64,000 nt of DNA from the NCBI GenBank assembly GCA_964016885.1, contig OZ024740.1, forward strand, positions 440,510,001 through 440,574,000, given 5' to 3'. Positions 14,043 to 28,429 of the stretch are shown here, piece by piece; positions within the stretch are counted from its first letter, which is position 1; each line of letters starts with the position of its first letter. The stretch comes from Eledone cirrhosa. Taxonomy: Eukaryota. Position numbers and translations under genes: made by a program. The notes under the pieces were generated by a model that saw only the letters and a list, made by a program, of their open reading frames with translations, was not told the origin of the DNA and made no database searches.

Positions 14043-14846
14043 CTGTTTCTACTTTTGGCACAAGGCCAGCAATTACCCCAGTGCATTACTGGTACTTTAT
14101 CTTATCGACCATCCTAAGTTCTAATCACAGCGAGATCAACTTTGCCCCTCATACTTCTGGGGTCGATAAAATAAAGGGCCAGTCATATGTTGCGTCAATA
14201 ACATTGTCCATTCCCGCTCTATAAATTGCTGGACTTATGCCTGGATTAGAAATCATTTGAGTTCAAATCCCGCCGAGGTTAACATTGCCTTTCATCCTTA
14301 CGTGGTCGATAAAATAAAGTACCAGTAATGTACTGGGTTATTGCTGGCCTTGTGCCTAAAAACAATTATATACATATATATGATAAAGATCCCATAACTC
14401 CTTGTGGAGTCGTTGAGGTACCGTCATACAACATGTCTAGGGCACTTTTAAACCTGGCGGAGCCCAACCCTCTCCAGGTCTGAACACAGCCGATGTTTCT
14501 ATAGAAAAAGAATCGACCCCAGTACTGCACTGGTACCTTTTCTATCAACCTCGAAAGGATGAAAGGCAAAGTTGACCTCGGCGGGTTTTGAACTGAGAGC
14601 GGGCAATGAGGTGCGACGAATACCGTAAAGCATTCTATCTGACGTCTCTGCAATATGCAATTATTGTCATCATCATTATTATATAAGGGTGGGGATTGGC
14701 AGTATCGGTGGCAAGTCGGACAACATGTTTTAGGGTATTTCGTTACGATTTTCTACATTCTGAGTTCAAATCTCGCCGAGATTAGCTTTGTTTTTCATTC
14801 CTACGGGATTTAATTGTTGGCCTTGTGTGTAAGTCTGAAACCATTA
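14043..14846. mobile_element. Cluster of about five SINE copies/fragments in both orientations
   Basis: The gtcgataaaataaagtaccag / gagttcaaatcccgccgag motifs recur at about 14043(-), 14118(+), 14258(+), 14400-14655(-) and 14687(+). Confidence 0.7.
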
Positions 14847-15696
14847 TCATAGTCAAGGAAATAAATGTTTTGAGGGTGTTTTCTGAAATCTTAGGGTTTA
14901 CGATGAAATCATTTTCAAACTAGCATCATTGTAATTTACTACATCGGCGCTGAATTCCCAGTGGCTGGGTTACACATCTATATATGATAGGAAACATATG
15001 ATTGTATGGTGCCAGAAATATTGGTAAGTCAAATAGATTGGTTCCAAATGAAGAACGAATCCTGGTCGAATACTTTGGTTCATATGAAGTTTATCGCTAC
15101 ATCTACAGTAATTGCCACCTCTCAATATATAATAAGAAAAACTATTTGACGGCAACTGGTAATTTAAAGCTATATCTACATTTTCGCTAACACTTTTTGT
15201 ACACATACAGCGATATATTCAAGTCACATGAATTGTTTACATGTACACCGTGTCTATATATATGTATATGTGTGCAGTCTGTTTACGTGTGTGTCCCAAG
15301 TTGTTAGAGTGTATGCATTTAACAGTGTTTATCGATAAGATGAAGAGAATATTTATAGTGACACAATTTGATTCCCCTGTTTTTTTCGCTGCCTGGAGCG
15401 GCTTTGACCTTTTCAAACTTTTCAAATGTCAAAGAACAACATACAACATACAACAGACCTTGTCATTTGTATATTTCACTCCGAAGAGCATTACCTCCAT
15501 AATTCTGTTTAAGACATCGTCAAAAACATACAACACTTCCGCTTCCCTTGGTAACTCAATCAACGCAAACAGATTAGGTACACACACATATCCACACACA
15601 CACACTCACATGTACAGGGACATTTCCACACACATACACAGACAAACTTATATCTAAGTATATACATTCACACATGCATAATACATATATATTTAC

Positions 15697-15732
<36 letters not shown>

Positions 15733-15858
15733 GTATATGTTTATATATATGTATATACATACATGTATAATACATAAACATATATATATAAATGTATATA
15801 TATATATGTATCTATATGTATCTATATGTATGTATGTGTACATACATACATACATACA

Positions 15859-15894
<36 letters not shown>

Positions 15895-16332
15895 TATACA
15901 TAATTGGCCTTATTTATAATAGATTTGATTAAGCAACTTCTAGCTAAAGCTATGTCCACTGACCATTGCAGGTACTACTACTACACAATTGTTATAACAC
16001 AATTTATTTCAAAGACATTCTCGGAGTACACAGAAGAAAGTATTTGACGATTAATAAAATAGTTTGCTTTTTTATTTTTTTCTCTTTTTTTGTGATGGAA
16101 GGGGAGTGGGGGGGGGGGGGGGGGGGGCATTTATGTTGTTTGATTTTGATTTTTTTTTATGTGATTTTCTTTTTTTGTCTTCTTCCTAAATTCTCTATTT
16201 TCTTTCTCTTTCTCGACAATATGCCATGTTTACCTCCGAAAAAATTCAATATTCTTTATTAGATGAAAGTAAAAGAAATATGATTCATACTTCCTTCTTT
16301 TCCTGCAAGATATCGCAAAATACAAAGAAACG

Positions 16333-16950
16333 CATGTACATATATATACACATACATACATACACATGTATATATACACATACATACATACATACACATG
16401 TATATATACACATACATACATACACATGTATATATACACATACATACATACACATGTATATACACATACATACATACACATGTATATACACATACATACA
16501 TACACATGTATATATACACATACATACATACACATGTATATATACACATACATACATACGCATGTATATATACACATACATACATACACATGTATATATA
16601 CACATACATACATACACATGTATATACACATACATACACATGTATATATACACATACATACATACACATGTATATACACATACATACACATGTATATACA
16701 CATGTACACTTGTATATATACATACACTTGTATATATACATACACATATACATATATACATACACATGTATATACACATACACATATACACATATACATA
16801 CACATGTATATATACATACACATACACATGTATATACACATACACACACATATATATATACACATGCGCATATATACACACATACACATATATATATATA
16901 TACATGTATATACACATACCATATATATACACATGCATATACACACACCA
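16333..16950. repeat. Minisatellite of about 28 bp, catgtatatatacacatacatacataca
   Basis: Visible periodicity. Confidence 0.8.
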
Positions 16951-17048
16951 TGCCACACGGCATACGGTCAACTACATAATATCTACATACACACATATGT
17001 TTATATGTATGCATTTACATATATATATTCTTTCATATATATATATAG

Positions 17049-17120
<72 letters not shown>

Positions 17121-17235
17121 TAAATCATGTCCTTAGAATTATTAGATAAAATATATACCATTTCCTCTCCCAATTAGCATATAAAAAATCAATTAGACCA
17201 GGCTATAAGAATAAAGGCTCCTCTGAAGAAATATT

Positions 17236-20200
17236 TGCCTGTGAAAGGGGACAGTATTGCCTGTGAAAGGGTACAGTACTGCCTGTGAAAGGGGGCAGTG
17301 TTGCCCGTGAAAGGGGACAGTTTTGCCTGTGAAAGTGGACAGTATTGGCTGTGAAAGGGGACAGTACTGCCTGTGAAAGGGGACAGTACTGCCTGTGAAA
17401 GGGGGCAGTACTGCCTGTGAAAAGAGACAGTACTGCAAGTGAACGATGACAGTATTGCCTGTATAAGGGGCCAGTATTGCCTGTGAAAGGGGACAGTACT
17501 GCCTGTAAAAGGTGACATTACTGCGTGTGAAAGGGGACAGTATTGCCTCTGAAAGGGGACAGTATTGCCTGTGAAAAAGGACAGTACTGCCTGTGAAAAA
17601 GGACAGTACTGCCTGTGGAAGGGGACAGTATTGCCTGTAAAAGAGGACAGTACTGCCTGTGAAATATGACAGTACTGCCTGTGAAAGGGGTCAGTGTTGC
17701 CTGTGAAAGGGGTCACTATTGCCTGTGAAAGGGGACAGTATTGCCTGTGAAAGGGGACAGTACTGCCTGTGAAAGGGGACAGTGCTGCATGTGAAAGGGC
17801 ACAGTATCGCCTGTGAAAGGGAACAGTATTGCCTGTGAAAGGGGACAGTACTGCCTGTGAAAGAGGACAGTACTGCCTGTGAAAGAGGACAGTACTGCCT
17901 GTGAAAGGGGACAGTACTGCGTGTGAAAGAGGACAGTATTGCCTGTGAAAGATGTCAGTATTGCCTGTGAAAGAGGACAGTACTGCCTGTGAAAGAGGAC
18001 AGTACTGCCTGTGAAAGGGGACAGTATTGCCTGTGAAAGGGGACAGTATTCATTGTGAAAGGGAGCAGTACTGCCTGTCAAAGAGGAGAGTATTGCTTGT
18101 GAAAGAGGACAGTATTGCCTGTGAAAGGGGACAGTACTGCCTGTGAAAGAGGACAGTATTGCTTGTGAAAGAGGACAGTACTGCCTGTGAAAGGGACAGT
18201 ACTGCCTGTGAAAGGGGACAGTACTGCGTGTGAAAGAGGACAGTATTGCCTGTGAAAGATGACAGTACTGCCTGTGAAGGAGGACAGTACTGCCTGTGAA
18301 AGGGGACAGTACTGCCTGTGAAAAGGGACAGTACTGCATGTGAAAGGGCACAGTATCGCCTGTGAAAGGGAACAGTATTGCCTGTGAAAGAGGACAGTGC
18401 TGCCTGTGAAAGAGGACAGCATTGCCTGTGAAAGGGACAGTACTGCCTGTGAAAGAGGACAGTACTGCGTGTGAAAGAGGACAGTATTGCCTGTGAAAGA
18501 TGTCAGTACTGCCTGTGAAAGAGGACAGTACTGCCTGTGAAAGAGGACAGTACTGCCTGTGAAAGCGGACAGTATTGCCTGTGAAGGGGGACAGTATTCC
18601 TTGTGAAAGGGGACAGTACTGCCTGTCAAAGAGGACAGTATTGCTTGTGAAAGAGGACAGTATTGCCTGTGAAAGGGGACAGTACTGCCTGTGAAAGAGG
18701 ACAGTATTGCTTGTGAAAGAGGACAGTACTGCCTGTGAAAGGGGACAGTACTGCGTGTGAAAGTGGACAGTATTGCCTGTGAAAGATGACAGTACTGCCT
18801 GTGAAAGGGGACAGTACTGCGTGTGAAAGAGGACAGTATTGCCTGTGAAAAGGAACAGTACTGCCTGTGAAAGAGGACAATACTGCTTGTGAAAGGGGAC
18901 AGTACTGCCTGTGAAAGGGGACAGTATTGCCTGTGAAAGGGGACAGTATTGCCTGCGAAAGGGGACAGTACTGGCTGTGAAAGGGGACATTACTGCGTGT
19001 GAAAGAGGACAGTACTGCCTGTGGAAGGGGGCAGTACTGCCTGTGAAAGGGAACAGTACTGCATGTCAAAGGGGACAGTACTGCATGTGAAAGGGGACAG
19101 TACTGCCGGCGAAAGGGGACATTATTGCCTGTGAAAGGGAACAGTACTGTCTGTGAAAGGGGACAGTACTGCATGTGAAAGAGGACAGTACTGAACATGA
19201 AAAGGGACACTATTGCCTGTGAAAGGGGACAGCATGGCCTGTGAAAGGGGACAGTACTGCCTGTGAAATATGACAGTATTAACTGTGAAAGGGGACAGTA
19301 CTGCCTCTGAAAGGGGACAGTACTGCCTGTGAAAGAGGACAGTACTGCCTCTGAAAGGGGACAGTATTGCCTGTGAAATGGGGCAGTACTGCTTGTGAAA
19401 GGGGACAGTATTCCCTGTGAAAGGGGACAGTATTGCCTGTGAAAAAGGACAGTACTGCCTGTGAAAGGGGACATTATTGCCTGTGAAAGAGGACGCTATT
19501 GCCTGTGAAATAGGACAGTACTGCCTGTGAAAGGGGAAAGTACAGCCTGTGAAACAGAACAGTACTGCCTCTGAAATATGACAGTATTGCCTGTGAAAGG
19601 GTACAGTACTGCCTGTGAAAGGGGACAGTATTGCCTGTGAAAGAGGGCAGTATTGCCTGTGAAAGGGGACAGTATTGCCTGTGAAAGGGGACAGTACAGC
19701 CTGTGAAAGAGGACAGTACTGCCTGTGTAAGGGGGCAGTACCGCATGTGAAAGGGGACAGTACTGCCTGTGAAAGAGGACAGTACTGCATTTGAAAGAGG
19801 GCAGTATTGACTGTGAAAGAGGACAGTACTGCCTGTGAAAGAGGACAGTCCTCCCTGTGAAAGGGGACAATACTACCTGTGAAAGGGGACAGTACTTCCT
19901 GTGAAAGAGGACAGTACTCCCTGTGAAAGGGGACAATACTACCTGTCAAAGGGGACAGTGTTGCCTGTAAAAGAGGACAGTACTGCCTGTGAAACGGGAC
20001 AGTATTGCTTGTGAAAGGGGACAGTATTGCCTGTGAAAGAGGACAGTACTGTCTGTGAAAGGGGACAGTACTGTCTGTTAAAGGGGACACTACTGCCTGT
20101 GAAACAGGACAGTATTGCTTGTGAAAGAGGACAGTACTGCCTGTGAAAGGGGACAGTACTGCCTGTGAAAGGGGACAGTACTGCGTGTGAAAGAGGACAG

Positions 20201-23200
20201 TATTGCCTGTGAAAGATGACAGTACTGCCTGTGTAAGAGGACAGTACTGCCTGTGAAAGGGGACAGTATTGCCTGTAAAAGGGGACAGTATTGCCTGTGA
20301 AAGGCAACAGTACTGCTTGTCAAAGAGGACAGTATTGCTTGTGAAACAGGACAGTATTGCTTGTGAAAGGGGACAGTACTGCCTGTGAAAGAGGACAGTA
20401 TTGCTTGTGAAAGAGGACAGTACTGCCTGTGAAAGGGGACAGTACTGCCTGTGAAAGGGCCCAGTACTGCGTGTGAAAGAGGACAGTATTGCCTGTGAAA
20501 GATGACAGTACTGCCTGTGAAAGGGGACAGTACTGCGTGTGAAAGGGGACAGTACTGCGTGTGAAAGAGGACAGTATTGCCTGTGAAAAGGAACAGTACT
20601 GCCTGAGAAAGAGGACAATACTGCTTGTGAAAGGGGACAGTACTGCCTGTGAAAGGGGACAGTATTGCCTGTGAAAGGGGACAGTACTGGCTGTGAAAAG
20701 GGACATTACTGCGTATGAAAGAGGACAGTACTGCCTGGGAAAGGGGACATTACTGCGTGTGAAAGAGGACAGTACTGCCCGTGGAAGGGGGCAGTACTGC
20801 CTGTGAAAGGGAACAGTACTGCATGTCAAAGGGGACAGTACTGCATGTGAAAGGGGACAGTACTGCCGGCGAAAGGGGACAGTATTGCCTGTGAAAGGGA
20901 ACAGTACTGTCTGTGACAGGGGACAGTACTGCCTGTGAAAGGGGACAGTACTGTATGTGAAAGGAGACAGTATTGCCTGTTAAAGAGGACAGTTTTGCCT
21001 GTGAAAGGGGACAGTATTGGCTGTGAAAGGGGACAGTACTGCCTCTGCAAGAGACAGTACTCCCTGTGAATGTGGGCAGTGTTGCTTGTGAAAAGGGAAA
21101 GTTTTGCCTGTGAAAGGGGACAGTATTGGCTGTGAAAGAGGACAGTACTGCCTGTGAAAGAGGGCAGTACTGCCTGTTAAAGAGGACAGTACTCCCTGTG
21201 AAACAGGCAGTACTGCCTGTGAAAGGGGACAGTACTGCATGTGAAAGAGGACAGTACTGAACATGAAAAAGGACACTATTGCCTGTGAAAGGGGACAGTA
21301 TTGCCTGTGAAATGGGACAGTACTGCCTGTGAAATATGACAGTATTAACTGTGAAAGGGGACAGTACTGCCTGTGAAATATGACAGTATTAACTGTGAAA
21401 GGGGACAGTACTGCCTCTGAAATGGGACAGTACTGCCTGTGAAAGAGGACAGTACTGCCTCTGAAAGGGGACAGTATTGCCTGTGAAATGGGGCAGTACT
21501 GCTTGTGAAAGGGGACAGTATTCCCTGTGAAAGGGGACAGTACTGCCTGTGAAAAAGGACAGTACTGCCTGTGAAAGGGGACATTATTGCCTGTGAAAGA
21601 GGACGCTATTGCCTGTGAAGTAGGACAGTACTGCCTGTGAAAGGGGACAGTATTGCCTGTGAAAGGGGACAGTACTGCCTGTGAAAGGGGAAAGTACAGC
21701 CTGTGTAACAGAACAGTACTGTCTGTTAAATATGACAGTATTGCCTGTGAAAGGGGACAGTACTGCCTGTGAAAGGGGACAGTATTGCCTGTGAAAGAGG
21801 GCAGTATTGCCTGTGAAAGGGGACAGTATTGCCTGTGAAAGGGGACAGTACAGCCTGTGAAAGAGGACAGTACTGCCTGTATAAGGGGGCAGTACCGCAT
21901 GTGAAAGGGGACAGTACTGCCTGTTATAGAGGACAGTACTGCATGTGAAAGAGGGCAGTATTGACTGTGAAAGAGGACAGTACTGCCTGTGAAAGAGGAC
22001 AGTACTCCCTGTGAAAGGGGACAATACTACCTGTGAAAGGGGACAGTACTTCCTGTGAAAGGGGACAATAGTACCTGTGAAAGGGGACAGTGTTGCCTGT
22101 GAAAGAGGACAGTACTGCCTGTGAAACGGGACAGTATTTCTTGTGAAAGGGGACAGTATTGCCTGTGAAAGAGGACAGTACTGTCTGTGAAAGGGGACAG
22201 TACTGCCTGTGAAAGAGGGCAGTATTGACTGTGAAAGGTGACAGTACTGCCTGTGAAAGAGGGCAGTGTTGCCTTACAAGGGGACAGTACTGCCTGTGAA
22301 AGAGTGCAGTATTGCCTGTGAAAGAAGGCAGTACTGCCTGTGAAAGGGGACAGTATTGCCCGTGAAATAGGGCAGTACTGCCTGTGAAAGGGGACAGTAC
22401 TGCCTGTGAAAGGGGACAATGTTGCCTGTGAAAGAGGACAGTATTGCCTGTGAAAAAGGACAGTACTGCCTGTGAAAGAGGACAGTATTGCCTGTGAAAG
22501 GGGACAGCACTGTCTGTGAAAGAGGATAGTACTGCCTGTGAAAGAGGACAGTACTGCCTGTAAAAGGGAACAGTACTGCCTGTGAAAGAGTGCAGTATTG
22601 CCTGTGAAAGAGGACAGCACTGCCTGTGAAAGAGGATAGTACTGCCTGTGAAAGGGGACAGTACTGCATTTGAAAGGGGACAGTATTGCCTGTGAAAGAG
22701 GACAGTATTGCCTGTGAAAGGGGACAGTATTGCCTGTGAAAGAGGACAGTACTGTCTGTGAAAGGGGACAGTACTGTCTGTGAAAGAGGACAGCACTGCC
22801 TGTGAAAGAGGACAGTACTGCCTGGGAAAGGGGACAGTATTCCCTGTGAAAGGGGACAGTATTGCCTGTGAAAAAGGACAGTACTGCCTGTGAAAGGGGA
22901 CATTATTGCCTATGAAAGAGGACGCTATTGCCTGTGGAAGAGGAGAGTACTGCCTGTGAAAGGGGACAGTATTGCCTGTGAAAGGGGACAGTACTGCCTG
23001 TGAAAGGGGAATGTACAGCCTGTGAAACAGAACAGTACTGCCTGTGAAATATGACAGTATTGCCTGTGAAAGGTGACAGTACTGCCTGTGAAAGGGGACA
23101 GTACTGCCTGTGAAAGAGGACAGTACTGCCTGTGAAATATGACAGTATTGCCTGTGAAAGGGGACAGTACTGCCTGTGAAAGGGGACAGTATTGCCTGTG

Positions 23201-23871
23201 AAAGAGGGCAGTATTGCCTGTGAAAGGGGACAGTATTGCCTGTGAAAGGGGACAGTACAGCCTGTGAAAGAGGACAGTACTGCCTGTGTAAGGGGGCAGT
23301 ACCGCATGTGAAAGGGGACAGTACTGCCTGTTATAGAGGACAGTACTGCATGTGAAAGAGGGCAGTATTGACTGTGAAAGAGGACAGTACTGCCTGTGAA
23401 AGAGGACAGTACTCCCTGTGAAAGGGGACAATACTACCTGTGAAAGGGGACAGTACTGCCTGTGAAAGAGGGCAGTACTCCCTGTGAAAGGGGATAATAC
23501 TACCTGTGAAAGGGGACAGTATTGCCTGTGAAAGAGGACAGTACTGTCTGTGAAAGGGAACAGTACTGTCTGTGAAAGAGGGCAGCACTGCCTGTGAAAG
23601 AGGACAGTACTGCCTGGGAAAGAGGGCAGTATTGCCTGTAAAAGTGTGCAGTATTGTCTGTGAAAGAGGGCAGTACTGCCTGTGAAAGAGGACAATACTG
23701 CCTGTGAAAGAGGGCAGTACTGCCTGTGAAAGGGGACAGCACTGCCTGTGAAAGGGGATAGTACTGCCTCTGAAAGTGGACAGTACTGTCTGTTAAAGGG
23801 GACAGCGCTCCCTGTGAAAGTGGACAGTACTGCTTGTGAAAGGGGACAGTATTGCCTGTGAAAGAGGGGCA
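17236..23871. repeat. Satellite of about 6.6 kb, 22-bp unit TGCCTGTGAAAGGGGACAGTAC (about 300 copies)
   Basis: Continuous tandem array with variant units and recurring multi-unit blocks. Confidence 0.97.
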
Positions 23872-24025
23872 CCACTGATCGCTTTTAGATGTCCTGTATT
23901 AAGCGCCAAAATATCTTGATCTCGGTTTTACAGCTGATGAAGGATTTCTTTTCTTCTCTTGTTTTGTCCATCTTAAACTTTGTTTACAGTAACCACACGG
24001 CTCCTTTCGTTTCCTATAATTTTGA

Positions 24026-24069
<44 letters not shown>

Positions 24070-24696
24070 ATAAAGGGAGAGAGGGGAGAGAGAAGAAAGA
24101 GAGAGTGAGCAAGAGAGAATGATAATGTATGTATACACACACACACACTCATATTCTTATGTATTGTAGGTGGCGGGGGGGGGGGCTGTACAGAGACAGG
24201 TAAGCATGTTTCACTGTGTAGTGTTACCTTAACTAAAGACATCAGTCATTTAGAAACGACTCCGAACTTTTTCTCTCGTTTAGATTATTCGGGAACTCTT
24301 TAAAGATTTCACCCTCTTATTGTGTGTCATTTCTATATTAAACTGGCTAAAGCTAACCGTATGATATCCAGCATTGTATCTCATATGAATTGAAAATGGT
24401 TGTTCGGCTGAGTACACTGGACCACGGGAAATAAAGTGTCTCGTCGAAGTCTATAATGCGCTACCCAGTTTGGAATTCGAACCATCGACATTACGATCAT
24501 CAAACTAACACCCTAACCATTTGGCCAGGCATCATCACCCTTCTTTGCTATGAAATTGGTAAATATTTCTCGTTAAATCTTCCGAGTCTTTACTTTTATA
24601 CTGAATTATACTTTCATATTCCCCAACGGTTTCCTTTTAACAGATCAAAACATCCTGAGGGATTTTTAATGACGCCATATTGACATACAGCGTTTC

Positions 24697-24960
24697 TATG
24701 GCTTTTTAAACCTGGCGGAGCCCATCTCCTCTCCAGGTGTGAATACAGCAGATTTTTTCCAGAGGATAGAGAAAGTGAGAGAATGGAAGTGAGAAAGTGA
24801 TATAGAGGAAAGATCTACCCCAGTACTTGACTGGTACTGTTTTAGCAACCTTAAATGGATGAAAGGCAAAGTTGAACTCGGTGGGATTTGAGTAGAGACT
24901 CGGAACAAACACTGCAAAGCATTGTATCCCACGTTCTAACTACTCTGCCAATTCGCCACC
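24697..24960 (-). mobile_element. SINE copy (long-tail variant, like 14400-14655)
   Basis: ggatgaaaggcaaagttgaactcggtgggatttga, with the shared tail tttaaacctggcggagccc. Confidence 0.7.
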
Positions 24961-25002
24961 ATCACACACACAGACACACACACACTCATATATATATATA
25001 TA

Positions 25003-25113
25003 TATTATAAAGTGAAATGACAGGAGGACAAATATGTTGAATTACTTTAATTTTTAATTACTGAAATTAAGGTAATTCGACATATTTGGCCTCCTATCAT
25101 TTCACTTTATAAT
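25003..25113. repeat. Fold-back hairpin
   Basis: tattataaagtgaaatgacaggaggacaaatatgttgaattac pairs with gtaattcgacatatttggcctcctatcatttcactttataata. Confidence 0.75.
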
Positions 25114-25258
25114 ACATTTACTCCGTTCCCGCACCACCAACATGATTCAACATTGAAGATGGATGAGTTGCATAACGTCGAGTGCCTTTCTCACATTACG
25201 TTATGGTAAACATTGCAGAATGTGACCAATTCTACCAAATTTAAACGTATATATATAT

Positions 25259-25456
25259 ATAATGAAGGAAGTGTGGTAAGGAACCAGGTGGACCATAACG
25301 CACCAGAGTACTCAATACTTAGGGTAGTAGAGTGGGTAATAGGAAAATGTTCAAGACCCCGACGGCAGAGCTCAAGCCGTTTCGACGGCTATTTCTGGAA
25401 TCCCGAAATAGCCGTCGAAACGGCTTGAACTCTGCGGTCGGGGTCTTGAAGACTTT

Positions 25457-25460
<4 letters not shown>
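25259..25460 (-). mobile_element. Fold-back half-HHR element (4433 family)
   Basis: Same palindrome and tail as 4433-4627. Confidence 0.75.
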
Positions 25461-25490
<30 letters not shown>

Positions 25491-26109
25491 GGTTTTTTTT
25501 ACAAAATGAAAAATAACCGAGGTGTCCTACACGAGTGGAAGTATAAAGAAAAAGAGATGAAATCGAAAATGCAACTGGAGTCTTATTTTTTTTTTAAATA
25601 TATATATTTATTTGGTTCCTCTACCGGTTTCGCAGTTCTTCTGCTTTTCAAAAGTAGAGTTGAGATGGAGGGTCTGTGGTTTTTCTCACATCTGGTTGGT
25701 TTCTGAATGTTACTTGTTTTATATGGAAAAAGTGGCTCGAATGCCAGGTTTTTCGAGAAGTAATTTGATTGGTTTGTCAATAATTATAATAAATTTCGCG
25801 CCAGTTCGCGTTACAATAGTTCTTCAAATAAGAGGTTGTCACAGGTTGTTTTTTCATATATGAGTGTTGAATTTCTTTTTACTTGAAAAAAGGGGCTCAC
25901 GAAGGCTTTTTTTTGGTTGGTTATAAATGAAATTATGGCTGTCACGTGATATATATATATATATACACAGATAAATCCACCAATCAATGGTAGGGTCCAA
26001 ACTGTATGAAGAACTCAATGTAATCCGTATGTAGATGTCGTGAAGCAAAGTTTAAAATACAGAATTTCAACAATATAATTCATTGGAAGCAGAGTCAAAC
26101 TAATACAAA

Positions 26110-26464
26110 TAGTAAAAGCAATGAAATTAAACAAAATACGGGTAATTCTTAGTAAAACTCCTTATTTTACGATCGTTTCTGGGGGGGTAGTTCTCCGTAT
26201 GTTCATTCTATTAGTGATCTATGTAAAATATATTACAAATTATCAAAGTAAGAAAATATACATACGTCTTTCCTACCCGCCGTCTTCAGAAATAAAGGCG
26301 GGTAGGGAAGACGTATCTATATTTTCTTACTTTGATAATTTGTAATATATTTTACATAGATCACTAATAGAATGAACATACGGAGAACTACCCCCCCCCA
26401 GAAACGATCGTAAAATAAGGAGTTTTACTATGAATTACGCGTATTTTGTTTAATTTCATTGTTT

Positions 26465-26470
<6 letters not shown>
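26110..26470. repeat. Fold-back element (arms about 26110-26281 / 26297-26470)
   Basis: Near-perfect inverted arms of about 170 bp ending in (TA)n. Confidence 0.9.
26162..26295 (-). ncRNA. HHR with stem-II insert of about 90 nt
   Basis: TTATTT CTGAAGA c GGCGGGTAG...CTACCCCCC ca GAAA CGATCG TA AAATAA. Confidence 0.75.
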
Positions 26471-26503
<33 letters not shown>

Positions 26504-26604
26504 ACGGAGTATAACGAGGAGTTACTGTAGGTTCACCCAGGTGAGCACTCGATGTTTAGGTTCACTTCAGTATCGAGGTGTAGAGCTAGACAGGGTGTAA
26601 TATA

Positions 26605-26797
26605 TTAATTGTTTCTACTTTTGTCACAAGGCCAGCAATTATCCCAGTACATTACTGGTACTTTATTTTATCGACCCCATAAGGATGAAAGGCAAAGTTA
26701 ACCTCGGCGGGATTTGAACTCAGACCATAAAGGGCCGTAACTCTTTGCTGCAAAGCATGACGTCCGACCCTCTACCGATACTGCCAATCCACCATTA
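26605..26797 (-). mobile_element. SINE with 10-bp TSD inserted into a non-coding HHR repeat
   Basis: TSD gtgtaatata at 26595-26604 and 26798-26807. Confidence 0.85.
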
Positions 26798-26919
26798 GTG
26801 TAATATAATAATACAAAGACGAGTGGTTACTCCTTCATTATGTTTTGGTTGGTGACGCGCGTTTCCCTACTGATCTGCTCAAGGTTCGATCTGTACTGTC
26901 GGACCTCTGTAGTAGTAAT

Positions 26920-27000
<81 letters not shown>

Positions 27001-27004
<4 letters not shown>

Positions 27005-27180
27005 AAAGAGTCAGGACCCCGACGGCTGAGCTCCGGCCGTTTCAACAGCTAGGTCGAAACGGCCGGAGCTCAGTCGTCGGGGTCCTGAATCTTTAATTAT
27101 TACCCACTCTACTACTCTAAGTATTGAGTACTCTGGTGCGTTATGTTCCACTTGGTATCTTGCCACACCTTCTTTATTAT
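27001..27180 (+). mobile_element. Diverged fold-back half-HHR element (4433 family)
   Basis: gacccc gacggctgagctccggccgtttc aacagctaggtc GAAA CGGCCGGAGCTCAGTCG TC GGGGTC, plus the shared tail. Confidence 0.7.
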
Positions 27181-28429
27181 ATATACATGTGTGTGTGTGT
27201 GTGAGTGTGTGAGTGCGTGTGTGTGTGTGAGTGTCATATCACAATGGTTCCCTTTAAACGACATTCAGAACGATATGAATAACTAAATATATATTTAACA
27301 GTTTAAACATTCTATATTCATGTAATTGCTCAACAAATTATGTTTATCTGTTTAGTTTTGAGATTAATTGTTTTGCTATTTTCCAGTAACTTAAACGAGA
27401 AAAACACACATCTTTAGGTGACTATGGCTGATATGTTTGACATTTATCAACATCACATGTAAAGTTACGAGAATGAAAAAATGAAGAGTTTATAATTATG
27501 TAGAAATATATACGGCCGAGTCTTTCACCTCGATTCTCAGTTACTTACATTGCTAATTAAACCTCAATAATGTGTCACATCCCACAGTCTTTCTCTCGTT
27601 TACTCTCTCTCACACACACATACAGATACACATATACAAACACACTCGCACACACAAGCAAGCACACACACATACACACACACACACACATAGACACATA
27701 TATATGCACACACACAAACACATACACACACACACATACATATATACACACATATACAAACACACTCGCACACACAAGCAAGCACACACACACACATAGA
27801 CACATATACATGCACACACACACACACAAACACATACACACATATACACACACATACATACACACACATACAACACACACACGCACACACACACACACAC
27901 ATACACACGCACGCACAAACACCCACACATACGGACACACACGCACAGAGAAACACGCACACACACATAAATACACACGCGCACACGCACAAACACGCAC
28001 ACACACACATGCACACACAAACACACAGACGCACACACAAACACGCACACACACACACACATACACAAACACACTTGCACACACAAACACGCACACACAT
28101 ACACAGACACACTCACGCACACAAACACGAACACACACAAACAGACACGCACGCACAAACACGCACACATACACACATACACTCACCTATACAAACACTC
28201 GCACACAGTCTTTCGGTTGTGTGCCCTCTCTCCCACTCTCATACACACACATACACACACACACACAGATACACAAACAAACACACACATACAAACGCAC
28301 ATACATACACACACACACATACACACACACACAAACACACACAATAAATATTCTCTCTCGCTCTTTCTTTCTCTTTGCAATATTCTCAATATTTTTAAAT
28401 GATATCCGTAAATCACTTCTTCCCCACAC

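Noticed and set aside
14925-15240. Possible host exon (non-repetitive stretch with GTAAGT at about 15023)
   Set aside because: There are stops in all frames of the putative exon and no recognisable protein motif.
17236-23871. CRISPR-like array
   Set aside because: Units are contiguous without unique spacers, the context is eukaryotic, and there are no cas genes.
17189-23875. Long minus-strand ORFs (up to 498 aa) of FHRQYCPLSQAVLSPFTGSTVP repeats
   Set aside because: These are translations of the 22-bp satellite, open in all three frames, with no unique coding flanks.
25784-25831. Minus-strand TTGAAGA...GCG aactgg CGC GAAA motif
   Set aside because: The 3/8 positions are unpaired and there are extra nucleotides before stem II, so it is too degenerate.
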